A DNA stretch of 62,274 nt, counting the filler, from Platydemus manokwari (taxonomy: Eukaryota): the NCBI GenBank assembly GCA_037951405.1. It is 6 parts of 6 records of this genome, joined end to end, with 100 filler letters (N's around TTAATTAATTAA, not from the genome) between each part and the next. Parts side by side here need not be neighbours in the genome. Positions count along the whole stretch, not along the records: positions 53,451 to 62,274 come from JBBMOY011343649.1; 5 more parts are not named here. One strand, 5' to 3'. Position numbers and translations under genes: made by a program. Of this stretch, positions 53,451 to 62,274 are shown piece after piece; within the stretch, counting starts at the first letter, position 1, and the number at the start of each line of letters is the position of its first letter. A model generated the notes under the pieces. It was not told the origin of the DNA. It searched no databases and worked only from the letters and a program-made list of their open reading frames with translations.

Positions 53451-55816
53451 AAATCAAACATAGCAGTTATATATAAAATTAAGTTATAAAATTATCTGAT
53501 GCGCGAAAATTCATTATAACGAAAGTAGGTCAGAAGACCATTTTTCTTAACTAAAGCCAAAAATTCTTTTCACTGCAATTGATGGAGAAATCAAATCTGT
53601 TTACAGAAGCTAGTTTGTGACAAATCAGAACCAGTGACTGTCACAATCTGATAATAGTGAACAGGAATAAATGCAAACTCAAACCAAATCACCATTAAAA
53701 TTGTCATAACTGATGATCAATTTCGAACTTGACCTTGTTAACGGAAGTTATGGCGATCGCAGTGGATAGCAATCAATCCAATTGTATTTAATATGGTAAC
53801 ATAGAGCAAATATTCGAAAAGGTTCCAAATTCTTCTCAAATTCAATGAAACCAAATCAATAAAAATCCATATAGGTGAAATTGTTTTGAGAAAAATATAA
53901 GCATTAAAATTTTACAAAATCCCTTGTGACGAATTGCAGTTATTGAGTCTCGTTGAGATAATAATTGTTTTAATCTTATACATTGAAAATCAATAAGTTA
54001 GATGAGACAAATATGAAAATCAGAAGTTGTTAATCAAAGGAGTTAACTCCATACAAATTAACACTCCAAATGACATCACAAGCATACAGTAAAACAAATA
54101 TATTAGCAAAAAATGGAAACGAATTTACAATAATGATTTATTGACGTTTCACTGACCAATCACCATTTTTCGATTATTCTTCTAAATTTAAGTGATAACG
54201 AGACAATTTTCTAATGTGACGGTTTTCAAATATTTGCTCTGTAGACTTCTGTGCGTAGGTTTCCTGTGAGTATAAGAGATACCAATAGATTCCAATAAAA
54301 TATTCGCTTAAGGAAAAAATATTTAAGTAATTAAAAATTTGGAACTTAATAAAACCGTGCAAAATCTCATTAAGGTATTTTAATGAATCTAACAGCAGAT
54401 CAAGATAATAAATGTATTGGATTCGCTGTTGTTTTGTGCAAATTCGTGCTAATGGATTTTAATAAACCGTTGTTATTTTATTAATATTTCACAGAATCTT
54501 TGATGAAATTCGGATAAAGAATCAGGTTTTCATGAAAATCATTCAGATCTGATAAACATATCAAGCTTATTTTTCAATTTAAATTTATCCCAATAAATCT
54601 GTTTAACATTTATGAAAAAATGAAACAAAAACACCGCTAAAAGATTCGTATTGGTAAAAACTTACACCAAAATATTTCCCAGTTATTTGAAATATAATTA
54701 CAAATGAGTTACAAATTACAGTTTGATTAAAAGAAAATTCTGTAACTCAGGTCACCAAAACAAGAACGAACTTACATATTGTGAATAAGAAATCCACTGT
54801 CAAAATCTCATGAAAAAAATGAATGAATCGTTAAGGGAAATAGTATTGTTTGAGATTTTGTTGAACGAAACAACCATGTGAGGATTAATTAATTGTAAGA
54901 AAGTAAGATTGTGATAAAATGAAATGCCAGAACATGTAGGTGGTCAGAAATTGATATAATCAAAATATGCCCATAGAATAAGTTTAATTATGCAGAATGA
55001 GACCTTATAACGAATGGCAAAGCTTCAATTCAGGTTCAAATGAATTTACAGAGCTTAATAAATATTTATTGAAATACCATTGTTGACACAATAAAATGCA
55101 CATTAAAAACGAATAAAAAAATCACAACACAAAAATTTATATTTAGTCAAATTATTTAAACAAACTAATGTCCTTTGATATAAAATTTGAGTAAAATCTA
55201 TAAAAAATTATTTCATTTTAAATCCTCACATACCTCTTTTCCTTAAAATCTTTTATTTTCTATCTGTTATCAATTATCTCGGTAACTAACTATTTAGATA
55301 TTTATCCTTATAAAAATCTTTTTTCCTTCAATCATCTTTATATCTTATCAATATCTCCTCTATTTTTTCTTTGTATCTTGTCTACATCTTCCTTTATCTT
55401 CTATAATTTTCAGCCATTAATTTTCTAAGAATCGAAACCAAATGCGTGGTTCCAATGTAAGCTCCCACGATTTATCAAACCACTCGTCGAAAACTAATCA
55501 AAAAGTCAAGACAATAAAAATTCAATTTAATCAAATTAATATTTTTTTTATACAAATCTCTTTGGTTTTAATTCATTTCAGAAACCTCATAGGCATCATC
55601 AAAAAGGTATAATCACTGCAATAATCAAATTATTTGAGTTACAATCTGAACATGATGTGATGATTTGAAAACGAATTAAAATTAAAAATATTTTTATTTA
55701 GAATTTATGGCTTTAGTTAAGAAAAAAGGTTTTCTGACGCACTTTCGTTATAATGAATTTTCGCGCATCAGATAATTTTATAACTTAATTTTATATATCA
55801 CTGCTATATTTGATTT
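53451..55816. mobile_element. Element bounded by at least 117-bp near-identical inverted repeats (long-TIR DNA transposon candidate)
   Basis: 53451-53567 is the reverse complement of 55700-55816 with few mismatches (shared block ATAAAATTATCTGATGCGCGAAAATTCATTATAACGAAAGT). The left arm is cut by the contig edge. A third partial arm lies at ~56521-56600. Confidence 0.7.
55081..55230 (+). mobile_element. Mini solo-LTR-like family, copy 6
   Basis: TGT start, degenerate core ATAAAATGCACATTAAAAACGAATAAAAAAATCACAACAC, end TAAATCCTCACA; flanks TACCA(T)/TACCT. Confidence 0.55.
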
Positions 55817-56117
55817 ATTCGTATAATTCAGTTATTATCTCATTTTTTGAGATGTCTAGTAGTGACAAAACATAGTTTTAAAACCAAGTTCCCATTCTAA
55901 TCACAAAGCTTCTATAGAATTATTTGAGTTTATCAATTTAATTATAAATCGTGTTTAGTTAATTTCATACATGTTTAATAATATCATTGCTTATTCTTAT
56001 AAAATTATTATAAAAATTTAGAATATCTCTCAATTCTCTGCTAATGTTCAAAGGGGTCTTCGCTAATTTTCAATAAATTGCATTTCAACCTACTTTTTTC
56101 ATATTTTCAAATAATCA

Positions 56118-56521
56118 AATTTTAGGAAATTTTCAAGCTTCAATGTATTTATTATTTGGTTTCAAACAACTAAAATTCTTCTTAAGTACTTAAATAAAAA
56201 ATTGAAAATGTTTTTAAAGAATATAATTAAATAAACTATATTGATTTTTGCAATACACTCAACAAGAATCGTTTTTAACTTCAGCCGAATTTATATTTAA
56301 ATAAACATTTATTTAAATAATTTAATTAAATATTCGACTAAAGTTAAAAAAGGGATCTAAAATGAATCTAAATTTGATGAATGTATTGCAAAAATATATA
56401 TAGTTTATTTAATTATATTATTTAAAAATATTTTGAATTTTTGAATTAAGTGCTTAAGAAAAATTTTAGTTGCTTGAAATCAAATATGAAATAGACTAGA
56501 GCTTAAAAATTTCCTAAAATT
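56118..56521. mobile_element. ~400-bp imperfect palindrome (foldback MITE)
   Basis: Arms pair block by block: AATTTTAGGAAATTTT/AAAATTTCCTAAAATT, CAACTAAAATT/AATTTTAGTTG, TAATTAAATAAACTATA/TATAGTTTATTTAATTA, TTTTTGCAATAC/GTATTGCAAAAA. Confidence 0.85.
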
Positions 56522-57280
56522 ATAAAATTATTTCATGCGTGAAAATTCATTATAACAAAAGTAGGTCAAAGGGCCCTTTTCTAACTTAAGCCAATAATTG
56601 GAGTTTTGGATATGCATCATGTTTCGAGACGATTAACTTGCAATAATATTTAGATAATTAATTAAATCAAATAATTGTAACGACAATAAATTTTTATAAG
56701 TAAATTAGCTATTTGAAAGGGGACCCAGTTTTTAAAATTTTGTCCATTTATCATGAGAACCGTCTTCAGATGATAAAAACCAACTATTTTGAACATTCGT
56801 GTCATAGTTACAGAACAGTTTTGATCTATGAAGTAACATAGCAAGATTCATTTGACTGCTCACTTCCTCAATATCTTTCACCAAATGCAATGAAATCGTT
56901 GATTCCTCAGTTTTTCATTGGAGATTACTTTCACAGTCTAATAAAATCAGTTTTAAAACTCGGAAATCTTTAATAAATTCTTACATTTTCTAAAAACATT
57001 TTCAATTAAAAATTCCTCACAGCAGACAGGAAATGATGCTGAAAAAGAGTGAACAGGAATCAATATTACGTTTTATATCAGAAAATTTTCTTTATTGATG
57101 AAATAATAAGAATTCATATTCCATTCATTTTTTGATAAATCTTTTTGCTAAGGATTACATCTGAACCTTTTTCCTTATGGAAGCGTTTCTTTATTTAAAA
57201 ACAAAAGATCTAAAAACACCTGTCAAATTCACCAATTCAATAACGACATTATCTATCGTAACACACACATATATACTTGT

Positions 57281-57443
57281 TCTAAATTCTCACTATTTAA
57301 CAAGGCATACATTGAAAACGAACTGAAAAGTCATAGAACCCTAAAATCAATTTAACCAAATTATTTTAGCACATAAATAATATTTTGTAAAAATTATTCC
57401 GATTATAAAACTTTCATTAAATTTAATTAAAAATTCTCTCATA
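57281..57443 (+). mobile_element. Mini solo-LTR-like family, copy 7 (ends degraded)
   Basis: Core CACTATTTAACAAGGCATACATTGAAAACGAACTGAAAAGTCATAG; no clear TSD. Confidence 0.55.
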
Positions 57444-58448
57444 AATAATAGAATAGGAGGTATGAAAATGTAAAAATATTTAAGGATGTTGGTTAAAAGT
57501 ATTTTAAAAATTATATTCTTCACATTTATATTCAGGAGTGACAAAACTGTAAATAAATAATGATATCCAATGTCAAGCATATTTCATTTCAGTATATTAA
57601 AAATCATTTATGATATTTGGCTCCAGGATCATTTTTGATATTCCACCACCATTTACCAGATCAGTATCAGTTGAACATTTTGAAATAATCATTCGTGTAA
57701 TAGTTGTGTTGTTTTTACAGATTGAAATAATAATTTTAATGTTCAATTTTTCTTTTCATTTTGTTTTCTTGTCCAATAGAAAAAGAAAGAATGCTTAATT
57801 TTAAAATTGTGATAATAATAAATAATAATACGGGTTGGCATTCCATCCCAACAATTATAGAATTACACAAAAATGAAAATTTTGCAACAGATTTGATTAG
57901 TTCGACAATTATTTCAAACTCCTGATTTGTTCTTGACTGTTGACGAATTGTAAAATTGACGATTTATAGTTCTTATATAAGTTTAAACAAAATGTACTCG
58001 TGGAGTAGCTTGTTATTTTTGTAGGTTAATGATCGATGATTTTTTGTACATGTCTGATTGATAAAACCAAAACATTTTCAATGAATTAATCAGGAAAAGG
58101 TAACAAAATTTACGAATTAATAAGAGCGTTTATAATTAGATAAATTTGGAAGGTCAAAATATGAACTAAAATGATTAACCAATAAAATTTATAAAAACAT
58201 CATTTGATTGGAAGTGAATTGTCAGTGCTCTGTGATGGTAAAATATTGTTTAAAATTTATGCGATATTTTCCCACGAAATAAATCGACTGCAATAAAAAA
58301 TATTTATAATTTTCATACAAATCACTGGTTAAAGTAAAAATAATAATCAATAATCCGTTCCAAAATATTATATGATTCTCCTATTGAAACTTTCTGTGGA
58401 TCAGATTCATCAGATAAAATTTTCAGTTGTCAGTAATTTCAAGTAAAC

Positions 58449-58665
58449 TTCAATACTGTGAAATAAGCCGTTTATAATGTCGAAATACAGAGTTAAAGCA
58501 AAATTAAATAATAATGTCTATTTGATTAAAACAAATAATTTAAAAGACAGAATTGAATTCAATACTGTGAAATAAGCCATTTATAATGTCGAAATACAGA
58601 GTTAAAACAAAATTAAATAATAATGCCTATTTGATTAAAACAAATAATTTAAAAGACAGAATTGA
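58449..58665. repeat. Tandem duplication of a 109-bp unit, two copies
   Basis: TTCAATACTGTGAAATAAGCC...AAAAGACAGAATTGA starts at 58449 and 58558 with about 4 differences. Confidence 0.92.
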
Positions 58666-60101
58666 TTTATATGGAGTAGCATTTTGGCACACGACAACAT
58701 GAAAATATAATGTAAAATAAAATATTGTCAACATGCTTATTATATAGTGGATTTAAACAAAGTTTTTTGCAATTTTATATAAATTTTTATAACTGTTTAT
58801 ACTACTTGATAATATGTACTTTAAATAATAATTATAATAAATTATAATTAATTATTATTTTATTTATTATTTTTAATTAATTATCAGATTGAGCCACAAT
58901 CATTCATCATATTCGTAGCTCAATCTGTAATCCATTGCTAATTGGATTTTCATACTCCAACAGGATTTATCTTGAAGACAATAATGAGTCGAAATTTATT
59001 ACCTGTCAGCACTTTAAGTCCTGACTGGTTCTGCTTGGATTTTTAGTTACAAAATAGTAATCCTGGTTTTAGATTACTTGATGAATTGGTCTCAAAATTA
59101 GTTTATAAACAGATAGCTATTTTCTAGATTTCTTTTAGTCTTATCCGTCTCTGGTCCAAAATAGGACACTATCCATATCATAAAACCACTATTACGATCA
59201 TTGCAGCTATTACTTCAGAAGGGTACGAGAGATCGTCGTATATATCTTTGAACCGGAATACTAATGAAGTCATCAGGAGAGCCGAAATAGGACTAATTTT
59301 TCAATAAAAGGTAGTTTTTTTATTTTTTATTTATATTTTGGCCACTTAACAATATTTTAACTTGTTTTTCTCAAATCAAATTCTAGGACCGAGCGCGTAA
59401 ATTGTGTCATAAATCCTGATATCCTAATTCTTTGCTTTCGCTTCCATTTCCATAGTTCCTGCAGCTCTTGTTCACATATTAAGGTGATCACTAGACCCAG
59501 TCGTTAAAACTGTGTTTTTATTATTCGATTTTTTTTATCGATAAACGTGTGTGGTCTTCTCATTAATCAGTAAATCTCTTCTGTCATCAAAACACCGAGT
59601 CATTAAATACAAAATATCATTAATTCAAATAAATATGATAACGAAAGAGTGCATCAATCCAGTGTCACATAGCCAAGGTTTATGATAAGAGGTGAAATAA
59701 CTCAGTAAATATTGTTTCTACAATAGTTCCGATATTGTTCACTAAGTCCCTTTCGGGACGAAACAGAATCCCAGACGGATACAAACTAATAAATAAATTT
59801 CTAAAATCTCAACGCAATTATAAAGTTAAACTTTGACTCCAAAATAATGCTAATTATAATAATTATTGTTTGTAGCTTCGATTTATTGATTGTCAATATT
59901 AGAAGTCATTTAGTTCAGAATTTCAAAAATGGTTTTTTAAATCAAATAATTTTAACAATTTTTAAGGGCTTTATTTTGATTTTAAATCAGGATATTATAA
60001 AATGTATATTTTATAAATATTATTCCAAAATCCAATCAAATTTTAAAATATAAATACTGAGGTATTTTTAATTTTTAAATTCAATTTTAAATATCCCCTT
60101 G

Positions 60102-60178
<77 letters not shown>

Positions 60179-60185
60179 TAATAAT
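60102..60185. repeat. (AAT)n microsatellite
   Basis: Directly visible. Confidence 0.97.
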
Positions 60186-62200
60186 TCAACTTCAAGTCTT
60201 CGATAAAATCACAACAATTATTGGACATAAGTTAAAATGAACATCATTACACGGAACATCTATTTTCTTATTCTTCATTATCTTGTACGATTCTCAGGAT
60301 TGATGATTTCCATCTATTAATAATTATTGTCTTTTTCATACAACAACATCAAATGATATATCTCGGAATTTGTTTCTCTTTTGTCAGCCGAAAATCAGAA
60401 AATAAAGTGTATTTATCTATCAAATAAATTCTAATCCATTAATTAATCCTCGAATAATACATTTGATAAAATGGATTAGAATGACTCCAAAGCACGGTTC
60501 AATAAATCAATTTAAAGATACTAAAATATAGCATATCTATAGATTTCCAATACTAATCATCAAAGTTTTACTGAAGAATTAAATAACGGGAAAAGAATAA
60601 GCAAAAAAAAACCATGGAAAATATTTGATTCTGCCCGGTATTATAAATAAAACAGCATCAAATTGTCATGGATACTGAAGTGTGAACATTAATGATAAAA
60701 GGAAAATTTATTGTTATTACAGGAAATTATTGAAGTTGAAAACTGATCGATTATTATTAATGTTCCCAGTGTTATTATCATTATTATTATCATTATTATT
60801 ATTATTATTATCTTATTATTATTGTTATTGTTTTTGTATGAAATCAACATTAAAATGATAATAAAATATATCGTGCTAGAATTTACAAACCAATCATTGA
60901 ATATATCAATAATATTATAAATCTATATTTAGAGAATTAGCACAAAGAACTAAAGCATAGTTTCTTTTTAATTGCTTGCTCAAAAATAATGATTTAAAAG
61001 AATCTGTAATCGGAGTATTTATATTTAAGTTCAAAATGAAATAAATAGTGCATAAATCATGTGACCAAATTAAATTTAAACCAGGTTAATACCATTTCTT
61101 TGTTCTAGGAATAAGCTCTAATTTTACTGAAAAATTAATTAAATGCTAAATACTAACAATGAGTTAGCTTAGATTCATCGGTAACTAAAAACGACGTGAC
61201 AGTCGTAATTACTCAAACAAGAACTGTCAGTTTGGATTCAGCTGTTATATGTAAATGTAATGAGATTACGCTCAGATTACAAAATATTTTTCAACCAATC
61301 CAACCGACCGAATTTAAACAAATCTGCTAAAATAATATTAAACATATCTGAGAAAAAGGTAATCTGAAATTTCTTTTATTTTTGTAATGATATTGGACTA
61401 TACGAGACGAAATTGATTATTTATAAAATCAAGAAAATGATAGAGAAATTTTTGATTGTGGTGTAATTGACCCAGTTCATTTTTGAATATATTTTCTTTT
61501 TAAAATACCGACAAAGTTAGTCCATAAATATTTTATAGTGTTTTAATAATCCCTCAGTATTTCTATTATTGACTATTATTCCAACAATGATTGCCATCAT
61601 CATAAACAATTGACAATTCAAGCCATATTCTCATCCAAATTGCTCATTTAAATTTATTGTGATTATGATTATCTCTTATTGACTTAGCCATATTAAAAAA
61701 TATTATCTTGTAGTGATCATCAATTGTATTTTATCGGTATATTGTATTTTATCAATGAATCAAGTACAGATAGATATATGTTACACACACTCCTCTCACA
61801 GATTCAAACAAAATCTATCAACTATGCATTAAATATCGAATATTTTCATCTTGTTATTGAACAGAGCTAGTTTTCAAGTCAAAAACTACATGGGTTTTTC
61901 TAATATGTAATGATGGATAATTAAATTTAACCCACCAACCATACAGAATATATACGACGAAGAAAATGTAAAATGAAAGCTAAAAATTTTTTATTCGCGT
62001 TACATCAATATGCGACAGGGAAGATTAACAGATTTATGATCAGTACTGAAGAAGATTTTCGATTTCAAAATATATTATAATTCATTAAATATTTCGGCGG
62101 TAAATCAAGAAAAAAATATGATTTTACCAAATGATTTCGTTTATTTTATTTTATCCGGCTTTTAAAAGAGAGGTTCGTTGTGAACTACTAATTTTTAAGA

Positions 62201-62268
<68 letters not shown>

Positions 62269-62274
62269 TAATAA
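62201..62274. repeat. (AAT)n microsatellite at window end
   Basis: Directly visible. Confidence 0.97.

Noticed and set aside
1-62274. Alternative genetic code or stop read-through to explain the many broken frames
   Set aside because: All host genes translate cleanly with the standard code once spliced; the broken frames are TE fossils that also contain frameshifts.
1-62274. CRISPR arrays, rRNA, tRNA or prokaryotic operons
   Set aside because: No repeat-spacer array or recognisable structural RNA was seen by eye; the sequence is intron-containing eukaryotic DNA.

Overview
This is very AT-rich eukaryotic DNA, almost certainly animal: it has an ETS-domain gene and GT-AG introns mostly about 40-55 nt. 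A divergent invertebrate such as a myxozoan or flatworm is plausible, but the taxon cannot be fixed from this window. The window is not one locus. Five identical 100-nt N-TTAATTAATTAA-N linkers join six independent pieces (1-9697, 9798-19816, 19917-33395, 33496-43761, 43862-53350, 53451-62274). Recognisable host genes, all on the + strand and spliced: the 5' part of an MGAT1/GnT-I-like glycosyltransferase, two exons of an MGAT2/GnT-II-like glycosyltransferase, a PDEF-type ETS transcription factor, a class I eIF4E and a multi-exon SLC13 transporter. The rest is mostly decayed mobile DNA: Ty3/gypsy gag/pol fragments, an R2/NeSL-like non-LTR element, CR1-like fragments, two hAT MITEs with 8-bp TSDs, a long-TIR element, a foldback hairpin and (AAT)n microsatellites. 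The most notable observations are (i) a family of about 7 tiny 140-205 bp TG...CA elements with 5-bp TSDs and (ii) MGAT1 5' exons followed by MGAT2 3' exons on one ungapped contig, with the complementary exons of each not found. I cannot firmly establish a new biological system here. All alignments were done by eye.
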